63,939 nt of DNA, filler included, from Octopus bimaculoides (GCF_001194135.2; 9 parts of 9 records of this genome joined end to end with filler, not necessarily neighbours in it), one strand, 5' to 3'. Positions 24,168-36,411 are shown, numbered from the whole stretch's first letter. Program-made: numbers and translations. Notes: generated by a model from the sequence alone, not told the origin.

Positions 24168-24362
24168 TACCGTATTTTCTGGTATAGAAGCCAGAATATA
24201 GTGTAACCGTGCAGCGTAAGCATTCAAAAATTGTAACTATCATTCCAAATCCTGCTGCATTTCAAATGGAATTTGTGTCCTCCAAAGTCATCATGTTGCA
24301 TAAATCGATTGGGTTCTAAATAATCGTCAGAAAATTCGACTTGAATGCCTGAAAATACGGTA
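24168..24362. mobile_element. pogo/Tigger-type MITE, 195 bp
   Basis: Perfect 12-bp inverted termini TACCGTATTTTC (24168-24179) and GAAAATACGGTA (24351-24362) including TA ends; imperfect match extends to about 18 bp. Confidence 0.8.
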
Positions 24363-25147
24363 CGTTTATTTCTACTTGTACACGTACAGTAATATCGACC
24401 AAGAGAAGTATATACGGCTATCTACACAGAAATGGAGAGTTATCCAATATTGGAACATATTTTCCGTAAGTTAATTGTAGTTATGTTACCAAATTACCTC
24501 TAAATATATACATCTTTTAAACAAATGTACAAGCAATTTTGCTAAAACCTCTAGACTATTTGGCAAATATTTCTTTGAATTAGAAAAGGTATTTCTTCCC
24601 TTTGAAATACCTGAACAATCTAAATTGCTGAATTTTGTGCAATTATCATTTGTGACTCCTCTGTCGATGTTTGGAAATAAACTAATTGGAATCCTATAAA
24701 GTTAATGTTAACCTTTTAAAGATATACAAAGAGAAAGGATCATGACATTTTAGAAATTTCATGTGACTCTGAGATATACTTATTTATCTATTTATATCAA
24801 AAGAGAAAGATTAGTTTGTTTCTGTCAATGAGACATAAGCATCAAAACGAATATATTCGTCAATGCTTTTCTCATTTTTCCTGTAGTTATAAAATGAAAT
24901 CTTACTTGAGATCTAACTGTTTGTTTTTGAAATAGATCTTTATTGTTACAGATTATGTTAGTTAACACATTTAAAAATTAGATATCTAACACGCATATTT
25001 TAGAGGTTTTCTGTCTCTTTTTAATTTTGTTATATTCGATCCACTAAATGCGTTGTTCCATAGATATGTTTACTTCTGTTATTCAAAATAATTTTCAGTC
25101 AATTCTTTTGTAGTGATATTACATCCGTCATAAATGTGTGATAATTG

Positions 25148-25370
25148 TATGAACTAATAGAAAGATCCCTATATTTGGCGGTATAAGAGACGGTATAAGA
25201 GAAACACGAGCATATTACACGACCCACCAATATTGGCAGCGTATATTAGAGAACAAAGGTTTTAAATGCAATTCAGCTTATAGGAGGCCTAAATTTGTAC
25301 ATAGGACCCGCAGTAGGTTTCTTACGCATTTTTTAAGAGGAAAGTGTGTCTTATATGCAGTTATTGTAAA
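25148..25370. mobile_element. degenerate pogo-type MITE
   Basis: TATTTGGCGGTATAAGAGAC left end and GTGTGTCTTATATGCAG right end resemble TACCGTATTTT.CGGCGTATAAGACGCAC termini. Confidence 0.45.
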
Positions 25371-25804
25371 TAACGCTATATATATATATATATANNNNNN
25401 NNNNNNNNNNNNNNNNNNNNNNNNNNNNNNNNNNNNNNNNNNNNNNNNNNNNNNNNNNNNNNNNNNNNNNNNNNNNNNNNNNNNNNNNNNNNNNNNNNNN
25501 NNNNNNNNNNNNNNNNNNNNNNNNNNNNNNNNNNNNNNNNNNNNNNNNNNNNNNNNNNNNNNNNNNNNNNNNNNNNNNNNNNNNNNNNNNNNNNNNNNNN
25601 NNNNNNNNNNNNNNNNNNNNNNNNNNNNNNNNNNNNNNNNNNNNNNNNNNNNNNNNNNNNNNNNNNNNNNNNNNNNNNNNNNNNNNNNNNNNNNNNNNNN
25701 NNNNNNNNNNNNNNNNNNNNNNNNNNNNNNNNNNNNNNNNNNNNNNNNNNNNNNNNNNNNNNNNNNNNNNNNNNNNNNNNNNNNNNNNNNNNNNNNNNNN
25801 NNNN

Positions 25805-25874
<70 letters not shown>

Positions 25875-25964
25875 GTATGTATATACATATATACACATAT
25901 GAATATATATATGCATATATGTATATATTTACATATATACGTATATATGTATATATATAAATCT

Positions 25965-27290
25965 GTGTCAGTCCCCCATCAAGGCACAAAAATGGAAGAT
26001 CCAATTCATTGAGGGTCGAGGTTGCTAACCCTCCACACCACATCCACTTCTTCAATCTTACCGAGACTCACCTTGACAACTCCCACTTGGAAACCGAAGT
26101 GAAAGTTAGGAACTTCACAACCACCCACGCAGATTGAGTCGACAGAAGGAAGGAAGGAACTGCAATTTTCCTGCATGATTTCTTTTCGGCAGAGGGAAAT
26201 ATGATATTCTCCAACGGCTATTGTCAGTCGGTCACCGTGCACAACAAAACTAATGACCTAATAGTAGTTGGGCTTTATAGGCCACCTCAAATACCCGTAC
26301 TGCGCTTTAAAGAATGTCTCAGCAGCATTAAATGCTTTATTCAATAGTGTCATTCTAATAATATAATTATGATGGGAGATTTTAACGCAGTTCCTGTCTC
26401 ACTTTGACATTTTAAGAACTTTGGGTGAGGGCTCCAGCATCGATGTCATCTACCTTGATTTCAGCAAGGCCTTTGACAGGGCTGATCATAAGATTCTCTT
26501 GAAAAAGCAATCCAACATTGTCGAACGAGTAAAATCAAGCCCAGCCAAAGTCAGTAGTGGTACTCCACAAGGCACTGTGTTGGTCCCACTTCTTTTTATC
26601 ATCTACATCAATGACATCACTCACATTATCAAGAACAGCAACATAAGAATCTTTTCAGACGATTCCAAGATCCAGAAGGTCATCAATGAAGTGGGTAACT
26701 GGACATGCTTTCAGTCAGACCTACAGGCTGTCATCCAATGGGTACAAAAGAATAATATGCTGCTGAACGAGGACAAATTTGAGTTAATTCACTTCAGAAA
26801 AGAAGATACCCCGAAACTCCCATACTCCCATCCTTCAGGTGAAAGCCTCATGGCATCCAACAACATCAGAGACTTGGGATTAATTGTGGACAACATAAGC
26901 TGGGCCGCTAATATAAGCAGCAAAGTTCACATGGCCCACAGAATGTGTTCCTGGTTTCTCAGAACTTGCCAGTCGAGAGATATCCATACCACTACCCTAT
27001 CTTTACTTTTGCCCGACCCCACCTTGAAAATATTCCATCAGCATTTCTCAAATGATGTCGGCCTCACCTTTAAGATACACCTAAGACTTGGTCCCCGTGC
27101 TATCCGCCCACAACATAAATCATACGGCTCAATTATTTCATCTCAATTGACCCCACTCTCTTTAACATTACACCAAAGCACATTAAAGCAGAAACAGACC
27201 CCATCAAGTTCAACGAAGGAGTCTTGGATCTAAGTTAGAAACCTGCTCTTTCTCTACTTGCAAGAAATCTTGAAATGAAACTGAATAACG
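25965..27290 (+). mobile_element. CR1/L2-group LINE relic (APE endonuclease + RT), with internal deletions
   Basis: NLTETHL..GLYRPP..IMMGDFN (APE); IDVIYLDFSKAFD..SGTPQGTVLVPLLFIIYIND..RIFSDDSKI..LQSDL..W..N.MLLNEDKF..RDLGLIVD (RT). Confidence 0.9.
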
Positions 27291-27681
27291 ACATACATAC
27301 ATACACATATACATATACCTCTATATACATATGTGTGTATGTGGGAGAAATCAGAATGTAGGCAAGTGTAAATAATTATCATTTGTATTTATTCATGGGT
27401 ATACAAAATTAAAGTATAACTGATTCTACTTGGCATTCATTTATTATATAACATAGATTAATATAAGTATATGTATCTATGAAATATTTTCCAAAATATC
27501 GTGGTCATATGGTAAATATTTCTTTGATTTTGAGGATGCGAATTCTACTGTCTCTTTGAAATATTAAAATAAACAAACTTGTTGAATTTAATGAAATGAA
27601 TCTTTTCTTTCTTTGATCTTTTCGTATACGAAGTTTTGAAAATACGAAATGAAAAAGTTTTGTTTTAGTATATAAACACAC

Positions 27682-27759
<78 letters not shown>

Positions 27760-28279
27760 NNNNNNNNNNNNNNNNNNNNNNNNNNNNNNNNNNNNNNNNN
27801 NNNNNNNNNNNNNNNNNNNNNNNNNNNNNNNNNNNNNNNNNNNNNNNNNNNNNNNNNNNNNNNNNNNNNNNNNNNNNNNNNNNNNNNNNNNNNNNNNNNN
27901 NNNNNNNNNNNNNNNNNNNNNNNNNNNNNNNNNNNNNNNNNNNNNNNNNNNNNNNNNNNNNNNNNNNNNNNNNNNNNNNNNNNNNNNNNNNNNNNNNNNN
28001 NNNNNNNNNNNNNNNNNNNNNNNNNNNNNNNNNNNNNNNNNNNNNNNNNNNNNNNNNNNNNNNNNNNNNNNNNNNNNNNNNNNNNNNNNNNNGCCAGCAA
28101 GCCGCTACTGGAAATTGAACCCTATACTTCTCATCTATATATATATATATATCGTGGTGTTATTCTTTGATTCAGTTAATCTGAAAGATTGTATATGTAT
28201 GGATAAGTGCAGATGGAAATAAGTTGTAACATCACCTGTGAAATTTTAAGATTGTATCTGTTTCAAAGCTTGTCTGCGC

Positions 28280-28320
<41 letters not shown>

Positions 28321-29200
28321 TGTGTGTGTCTGTGTGTGTGTGTGTGTGTCGTATCATATGAATTATATATTTACATATATGATAACGAATATTTGCATAT
28401 TTATATGTCTAGACAGATTCAGATGAACGACATGCTGGTCGCTGTAGTGTACGTCAGAGGTGAATAACTTCTCTCTTTTACGATGGCTCATTGGCGCACA
28501 GGGTTATTGATACCAGTGTTTCAGCATACGTCTCGTTAACCAGAAGTAACCGGACCTATGAGTCTAACCGGACTTATGAGTCTAAACCAAGCCGCTGCCA
28601 TTTTTTGTACAGACAAACTGTTTACTGATCGATGTTTATATCTCCTATGACGTGTACGTTCTATCTAGCTATCACGGACAGACTAATACTCTCAAGCACA
28701 CACATACATACTTAAAATCATATGTTATAAATGCGTTGTCAACATAAAACCTCAATTTTTAAATTCAGTTTTGATTGTCTACCATTTGTCTATGTGTCAC
28801 AAACTTACTAATACTTTCATAAATTTATAATCTTTGTAGCCATATTGATTTCCATAGACAATTTCATATTTTTGAGAACAAAATAATGTACACTATGGCG
28901 AATGCACACTATATGTAACACTTTACATTGCAGCCTAGTATGAATCCATGTCCGGTTTTGACATGTGCGATAATTATAAACAAAAACATCTCGTTCATAT
29001 ATTGTCATTTGTTTCCGATTTTCCTTGTATGCATGACAGGTTTGTTTATTGTTCGATAAACAAACGTATCATAACGGCACTTAGAAACGAGTTGTGGTTG
29101 GTGAGCGGGATCGTGCATCCGGTTCTTGAAAAACTCTGGCTTAAAGTACTTTTGTCCGACCCATACAAGCCTGGGAAATAGCCGCTAAAACATGGATAAT

Positions 29201-29375
29201 AACGTTGTCCGGCATTCGCCATGATAGATTGCTGACAACTAAATTTTTTTTTCTCCTTGTTTCTCTCCTTATTTCTTTCTGTGTTCCTTTCAGTTGAAGA
29301 GCGTTAAACTAATACAACCATTTGTTGTTTACACCACCTCTCTTCGTCTGTTGTTTTTTTTTTCGTAAATTCTCC

Positions 29376-29385
<10 letters not shown>
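29201..29385 (+). mobile_element. pLTR family 1 fragment with internal deletion
   Basis: Reverse-complement homologue of 29676-29870; lacks the segment between two GAGCGT repeats that is present at 565-615. Confidence 0.75.
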
Positions 29386-29411
<26 letters not shown>

Positions 29412-29675
29412 NNNNNNNNNNNNNNNNNNNNNNNNNNNNNNNNNNNNNNNNNNNNNNNNNNNNNNNNNNNNNNNNNNNNNNNNNNNNNNNNNNNNNNNNN
29501 NNNNNNNNNNNNNNNNNNNNNNNNNNNNNNNNNNNNNNNNNNNNNNNNNNNNNNNNNNNNNNNNNNNNNNNNNNNNNNNNNNNNNNNNNNNNNNNNNNNN
29601 NNNNNNNNNNNNNNNNNNNNNNNNNNNNNNNNNNNNNNNNNNNNNNNNNNNNNNNNNNNNNNNNNNNNNNNNNNA

Positions 29676-29970
29676 GGGAGAATTCACAAAAAAAAAGACG
29701 AAGACAGGTGGTGTGGACAACAAGCAGATGTATTAGTTTAACGCTCAGGAAATGAAAAAGTTTCGAGCCTTCGCTCTTCCACAGAAAGGAACACAGAAAG
29801 AAACAAGGAGAGAAAATAAAGAATGTGTAGTGGCTAGCGATCTATCAATGGCGAATGCCGGACAGAGGGGTCACACAGGAGAGCTACACACACAGCATGG
29901 AGAGAGAAGAGAGAAAGCCTTAACGAAATTCCTTTAAGTCAGTCCTCGTTTCTGAATCACAAAGATATGC
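29676..29970 (-). mobile_element. inverted pLTR abutting the Penelope RT
   Basis: Minus strand TCCGGCATTCGCCATTGATAGATCGCTAGCC...CTGTGGAAGAGCGAAGGCTCGAAAC...GAGCGTTAAACTAATAC...GAATTCTCCC. Confidence 0.8.
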
Positions 29971-29971
29971 C

Positions 29972-30475
29972 TACATTTCATCCCATAATAGTCCCAGCGG
30001 ACAAGGGAAATGCTACAGTGGTGATGAACAAGTCTGACTACTCCGAAAAATTGGCAAGTCTTATAAGTGATGGTAGCTACAGTAGAGTAAAGAAAGACCC
30101 AACTCTAAAAACAGAGGAAGTTGTCACAGATCTTGATCAAGAACAAGGATTACTTCACACCAATGAAGTACAGACAGCTGACTCAACACTACAGTAAACT
30201 ACCACACATGTACGGTCTCCCTAAGATTCACAAGGAAGGTATTCCACTAAGACCTATAGTGAGCTGTAGAGGTTCAGCATGTCATCCACTGAGCCGCTTC
30301 TTGGTGGATATAATCAGTCCATTAGCAGGAAAGTCAACATCATACGTGAAGAATTCCACCTACTTCACAGAATTGATCAAGGATACCCCCATTGAATCCA
30401 ACCAGATTGTGAGTCTAGATGTGATAAGTCTATTCACCAAAGTCCCAACTGGTGAAGCACTATCGGTGATTCAAG
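29972..30475 (+). mobile_element. Penelope-like element 3, reverse transcriptase N-terminal half (cut by gap)
   Basis: IIVPADKGNATVVMNKSDYSEK..KKDPT; frameshift; LPHMYGLPKIHKEGIPLRPIVSCRGSACHPLSRFL..STSYVKNS..VSLDVISLFTKVP. Confidence 0.95.
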
Positions 30476-30702
30476 NNNNNNNNNNNNNNNNNNNNNNNNN
30501 NNNNNNNNNNNNNNNNNNNTTAATTAATTAANNNNNNNNNNNNNNNNNNNNNNNNNNNNNNNNNNNNNNNNNNNNTATATAATTACATATGCCCGTGTGT
30601 GATACGTACATGCATACATACACACACATACATTTAAAAATGCACTAATATATACATACACACATACGCACACATACACATGTATACATAAGCACCATTT
30701 AT

Positions 30703-30765
<63 letters not shown>

Positions 30766-30947
30766 AAACGATACATTTTTTTGTCGACCTTCTCCCCCAA
30801 AAAAGGATGATTGACGTAGCTGCCCTCGATGAACTCAGTACGGATTTAGTAAATGAACTGATGATATTCAAATGATATCGTTTAATCACACTCTTTAAAA
30901 CTGTTTAGCTTCTGCCTAAATCAAACGCCATTTGTATTATTACCATA

Positions 30948-31040
30948 AGGCAGCGAATTGGCAAACCGTTAGCGCGCCGGACGAAATGCTTAGCGGCATT
31001 TTGACCGTCATTATATTCTCAGATCAAATGCCTTTCGTCC
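30948..31040 (+). mobile_element. truncated SINE family A
   Basis: GGCAGCGAATTGGCAAACCGTTAGCGCGCCGGACGAAATGCTTAGCGGCATT. Confidence 0.8.
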
Positions 31041-31615
31041 TTTCTGTGTGTGTGTAGACGTATATTGCGTGTGTACTTATGTATGTACGTATGCGTGTGT
31101 GTGTACGTATGTGTGTGTGTGTACGTATGTGTGTATGCGTGTACATATGGCGGGGAATGTAATGTAAATATGTTAAGTCTCGTTGTTCCGTCTTTGATCA
31201 GTTTTTCCCTTTCTTTCTTGCGTCCCGATACCTCCTCCCCCATTCACATTTCCTTACACTCCTTCTCCCCGCTTCCTTATAACTGACCCCACATTCTAAC
31301 CCCCTATATCATTACAATAGACACCAATGAGAGCCACAGAACTCGGTATATATCAAAGACCACATCTACTTTCAAAGTTAATACAAAACTATGTTAGATG
31401 TTTTTAACGGTCAACTGCTATCAGCCCGTCTGTCTAGCTGTCTGTGTGGCTGTCTATCTGTCTGCCTCACTGTCTGTCCAAAATGGCTGTCAGAAATAAA
31501 TGCCAAACGTCCTTGAAATTACACTGCCAACTTCAAATTATGAAAAATTCAGTAGACAAGATAAGAAAAAATCGTGGATAACGGATGGTTACGTCAGCAG
31601 TTATTTTTGAAATCG

Positions 31616-31675
<60 letters not shown>

Positions 31676-31919
31676 GGAGTAAGCACATAAATGTGAAACA
31701 AGGTGGAAAAAAGAGTACTCAAATACCAGAGGTAGAGTAATATGTTTTATTTCTATAAAGTATATATATATATATATATACGTAAAATATAGGGTAGTGA
31801 GTTTTTTTTAGAAATTTCACTACCAGTGGCTTAGTATATATAAAAAGTCAATAGACAACATATTTTCAATATAAAATAGTGTACATTTAAACACAAGAGA
31901 AAACTACCTTCCATAGGCA

Positions 31920-32400
31920 GTTTTTACACGCTAGAAGTAGTTAGTTTATCTTCCAGCGTTATAGCATGATGCTTAGCACTTTCACTATGAATTTTCTTAG
32001 GAGACATGGGGGCAAAAAATAAAGTTACAAATGAATGAAAATGGGAAAGTAGCCGATAAACAGACGTAAACAAATCTGAATTCAAAACAATCGCGGGAAT
32101 CGCGAGTGACAACGACGCCTAAAGGTAGATATTGGAACTACAGTGCAACATGAGCTCCGATAAGAAAACACTGCTGATTTCATGATTTCGTTCACTAAGC
32201 TACACACTACTTTATGGTGTGTATCTTAACATTTACTGTCCGTATTTAAATATAATTTTATATGAATTCATTCTTATTTATTGTAAAGCAAGATGATTTT
32301 ATGTGCTTTTAACGGTTTTCTTGTGATTTTACGATTCAAATATTTGTGGCGGTCAGACGTAAAGTCGAGTAAAATACTTAACTTGATTTTTATTTTCTCA
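31920..32400 (-). mobile_element. Tigger-like transposase 5' remnant
   Basis: MSPKKIHSESAKHHAITLEDKL resembles the pogo/Tigger N-terminus (MxPK..S.KRK.ITLE.KL). Confidence 0.45.
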
Positions 32401-32754
32401 TATATTATTTTTGAAAGCCGACGTATAATCGAGAACGCCTAAAACTCCTCGTGCGATATGGTCAAAATACCACCGCAGTGAATATAATGACGAAATAAAT
32501 ATATAAATAAGGATGGGCTCGTTATTTAAAATACCGATCTTATCAGGTGGCCAGTATGGGAATAAAAACCTCAAAGGAAATAATTATTATTAAAATTATA
32601 ATTAAGAGTATCTAAGATATACACCATGCTAGAAATAGCAGTCACAACTTGACGCAATAATGACATACATACATTCATTCGTGCATACATACATTCATTC
32701 ATGCATACATTCATTCATAGACACATATATATATACATACATATACACATACAT

Positions 32755-32805
<51 letters not shown>

Positions 32806-33679
32806 TACATACATACATACATACATACATACATACCAAGTTCCAAATGTGAATCTGTCTGTGTTAACTACATTGAGACTGAGCCTTGTATCTTTGTTGG
32901 AAACCGGCGCCCTCCTCAGTGGAAGATTTACGATAATTAAAAAGGAAGACATACATACATACATACATACATACATACATACATGCGTATGAACATATAC
33001 ACACATATATACACACATACATACACACATACATACACACATACATACATACATACACATAGATATATAATATATACATACATACATACATACACATATA
33101 TATATACATACATACATACATACATACATACACATACATACGTACAGGGTTTTTAAAAAGTTATGACATACGTACAACTGCGTCGTTCTCCGCCGGTACA
33201 GATGAACTTCCTCGAGGGTGGAAACGTAGAAATGATGCACTTATTATATGTGAGGGAATTTGGTTACGATTGTTGTTTTTGCATTAGCATATGCGGTTTG
33301 AGAAAGAATGTGGGTGTTACCAGATGATGCAGAGAAAAGAGAGAAAGGGAGAGAGAGAAAGGGAGAGAGAGAGGGAACGAGCGAAAGAGAGAAGGGATTA
33401 ATAGCTTAGCATAGCACCAACTAGAAGGATTAATAGGCTGTTGGCTAGGTTTTAGAAAGTCGTTAGTGATATACCATACAGTTATGGAATCCAAACCGTA
33501 CACAGAACCCAGAGCGTGTGTGTGTGTTTGTGTATGTTTGTATACCGTGGCTGAGTGTCTGTATACGTGTGTGAGTGTGTATACGTGTGCGTGTAAGGGT
33601 AGAAACAAACGGAAGAAAGTAGCACTTAAAATATTTGGTTGAAGTTACAGTTATTTAATAACGGCTTTCACTCAGCTTC

Positions 33680-33731
33680 ACATGACTTAAAGTTTCATGT
33701 GTGTGTAGAGCTTGTCCGCCTCATCAGATGT
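33680..33731 (-). ncRNA. type I hammerhead-like motif (stem II degenerate)
   Basis: acat-CTGATGA-24 nt-GAAAC-tttaa-GTC-atgt; canonical core, 4-bp stem I, GUC site. Confidence 0.5.
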
Positions 33732-33747
33732 CCGGCATCCTTCTCTG

Positions 33748-33800
33748 AATATCTGATGAGATAGGCATGTCCTGCTCGCCCACGAAATGTAGAATCATGA
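33748..33800 (+). ncRNA. type I hammerhead-like motif (weak stems)
   Basis: atat-CTGATGA-24 nt-GAAAT-gtaga-ATC-atga; canonical core, AUC site, G10.1-C11.1 present. Confidence 0.45.
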
Positions 33801-33974
33801 TATGTGATGATTATTTGTTATGATATTGGTTATTTGTCTTCGTAGTTATTCTTATTTTGGCTTGGATAACGCTTAGAGAATGGTGCCTAGTTTTGGGAAA
33901 TTGTGTGGTACACACGCACACACACATACACACACACACAAACACACATACATACATGTGAGTGTGATAAGACG

Positions 33975-34110
33975 TGTGATGAGAAGTTTGTTTCACAACC
34001 ACATGGTTCCGGGTTCAGTACCACCGCGTGGAACCTTGGACAAGTGTCTTCTACTATAACCTTAGGTCTGCCAAAGCCTTGTCAGTGGATTTGGTAGACG
34101 GAAGCTAAAA
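33975..34110 (+). mobile_element. CORE-type SINE family B, 5' half
   Basis: CAACCACATGGTTCCGGGTTCAGTACCACCGCGTGGAACCTTGGACAAGTGTCTTCTACTATA. Confidence 0.85.
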
Positions 34111-34255
34111 GAATATATATACACATGTACACATATATATAGTTGTGTGTGTATANNNNNNNNNNNNNNNNNNNNNNNNNNNNNNNNNNNNNNNNNNNNT
34201 TAATTAATTAANNNNNNNNNNNNNNNNNNNNNNNNNNNNNNNNNNNNNNNNNNNN

Positions 34256-34306
<51 letters not shown>

Positions 34307-34620
34307 TATATTTATGAATATGCATATGCATATTTGTTATGTATGCTTATATATACATCTATTAATGTTCTATACGAATATATATGTCTTATATTTGTGA
34401 ATGTGAATAATGTACGCGCGCGCGCACACACACACATGTATGCATATATGTATAGATTGTACACATATCTGTGTTTTTATGTGAGTATTTTTATATCTAT
34501 AAGTGTGTCTGTATGTCTTTATGTTTGTGTATCAAATAAAATTGCTTGTTTCAACAGGAAATAAATATTTATATGCATTTTATCATTCATAGATTGTAAA
34601 TTTTAAATGAAATATATGTA

Positions 34621-34677
<57 letters not shown>

Positions 34678-34692
34678 NNNNNNNNNNATATA

Positions 34693-34728
<36 letters not shown>

Positions 34729-35258
34729 TGTATGTATGTATGCACGTGTTTATATTTATATTTAATATAAGACAATGATTTCTGACTTAATACATTTTCA
34801 ACCGAAAGAATTTCGATTTTTAACGCCGAAACTTAATTATATTTCTAAATTAATCGATTAAAACATTGTAGCAATCGACAAGTTAATACGAGATTTTTGA
34901 TTCAATTTTCTTATCAAACGAAATAAATCAATTTTTACTTCTTTATTTAAAATTCTTTCTTCAAAACAAATATTTTAAGGTAAATGAGCTGGAAAAGAAT
35001 CTGGATGCACATTGAATGGAGTAAACATATTTTCTTCAATTGTTGAACGTGCTAACGAAGGAGTCTGTCTGTGAAGCGTAATGCGTGCCCTAAATCACAT
35101 CACATTACGCTCTACCGCCATCTTAGCCACGGAGGAACATATTGGATGGTAGAGTTTTTGGTTCATAATACTTTTTAAGCAAATAAGAAAGAAACCAAGA
35201 CGACTCCAAGGCTGGTTACCTGAAGTTGCTATTTTAGCAATACTAAGGAAGTCTAGAG

Positions 35259-35391
35259 CAGCGGTCGGTTGTCAATCGTGGCTCCTAGGGCCAGATGCAG
35301 CCGTCAAGCATCCTTCCAGTGGCTCCCCGAGTCCTCTAAAATATTCTAGGTTTGGATCTTTCCCCGATACTAAAATGGTTGAGCACCACTG
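35259..35391. mobile_element. hAT/Charlie-type MITE, 133 bp
   Basis: Right TIR GGTTGAGCACCACTG, degenerate left TIR CAGCGGT..TGTCAATC; 8-bp TSD GTCTAGAG (35251-35258) and CTCTAGAG (35392-35399) matches the Charlie nTCTAGAn target. Confidence 0.8.
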
Positions 35392-35478
35392 CTCTAGAGT
35401 GTGCTAACATCAGAAGGTCTTCAGAGAAGAAGCTCCCCTCATGTAAATGCTTCGCCACTTAACTCTTTACATTCTAAG

Positions 35479-35635
35479 GGGATCGGGCCGCATCCAGGCC
35501 ATGACTCCTGGATACTCCTCTGCTGTCACAATCTGCGCCATTGTTTGCATTTTAACGCTCCTGTTTGGTTTAGTTGCCCCGTATCCAAAGTACTTTGGGT
35601 GTTGTAACCAGTTCCGTCTAAGGCAGCAGTTGACG
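35479..35635 (+). CDS. candidate exon encoding a hydrophobic signal/TM segment
   Basis: ctctttacattctaag|G...ACG|gtaaga; gccATG at 35501; MTPGYSSAVTICAIVCILTLLFGLVAPYPKYFGCCNQFRLRQQLT. Another frame weakly resembles a decayed LINE RT C-terminus. Confidence 0.3.
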
Positions 35636-35832
35636 GTAAGATAATGCCTTCTGAAATTCATTCCTATTCCTCTTTGATGAGGAAAACATCAGTTTTTACA
35701 AAACAACAGGAATTCCTCTCCAATGTTGTTGTTGTTGCTGCTGCTGTCGTTGTTACTGCTATTATTGCAGTAGCTGTTTCCATAGTTGCCGTTATTGCTG
35801 TAATTCTTGTTGCTGCTGCTGCTGCTGCTACG

Positions 35833-35882
<50 letters not shown>

Positions 35883-35924
35883 TGCTGTTGTTATTGTTGC
35901 TGCTGTTGTTTTTGTTGTTAATTA

Positions 35925-36180
35925 ACTGCGGGTCAGCTCTGGTCATGCAGAACTAAGATCAAATGCGTTCCAGTTATGAAACCTGGTCCTTTTGTCTATC
36001 CAAGATTACATTGTCATGCATTTCTCTTCTCTATTTCATCAAGACTGCACAGTATGATACGAGGAAATTAGGCTGCTATTTCTACCAGGTCAAAAGATCA
36101 CATGATGCTCGCTCCCCATTGGTTTGCCTCCTCCACCACTACAACCTCGCATAGTCAATTACATTTTGCTGGACTATTTA
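35925..36180 (-). mobile_element. SINE family F whose (CAA)n tail grades into the 35720-35925 microsatellite
   Basis: Minus strand GACCTGGTAGAAATAGCAGCC...GGAACGCATTTGATC...GAGCTGACC...AACAAC, homologous to 2655-2855. Confidence 0.6.
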
Positions 36181-36308
36181 TGACAGTGAAACATTTTTAA
36201 TTAAATTGATTAAATCCAGCCTAGCAAGAAGCAAGCTGCTATCAAACTTCATCATTTGTAATCCAACAGCAGACGATAGTATCCCGGAAGTAAGAACGAA
36301 TTTATCAC

Positions 36309-36411
36309 ATGGAACCGGAAATTGATGTTGCTTGAACGAATGGAACTATTTCCCTCGGATTTATTGACAAGAGTTCAGCTAATTTATCTAATGTTTGGAG
36401 ACGATAGGATT
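36309..36411 (-). CDS. candidate 103-nt exon
   Basis: ttccatctacgatag|AA...AT|gtgata; (E)SYRLQTLDKLAELLSINPREIVPFVQATSISGS, with an LA.LL.I...I...GS pattern seen in SEA-like juxtamembrane modules. Weak donor, and one plus-strand frame is also open. Confidence 0.25.

Noticed and set aside
24170-24350. Minus-strand exon-like segment with good AG/GT sites
   Set aside because: The splice-like signals are the MITE inverted termini, and all frames across it contain stops.
28960-29180. Open frames on both strands upstream of the pLTR
   Set aside because: No recognisable homology and no convincing donor.
32870-32935. CTGAGGAG on the minus strand near GAAACCGG on the plus strand
   Set aside because: Core halves are on opposite strands and stem I cannot form.
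36042-36154. Plus-strand exon candidate TAQYDTRKLGCYFYQ..
   Set aside because: Lies inside an antisense family F SINE.
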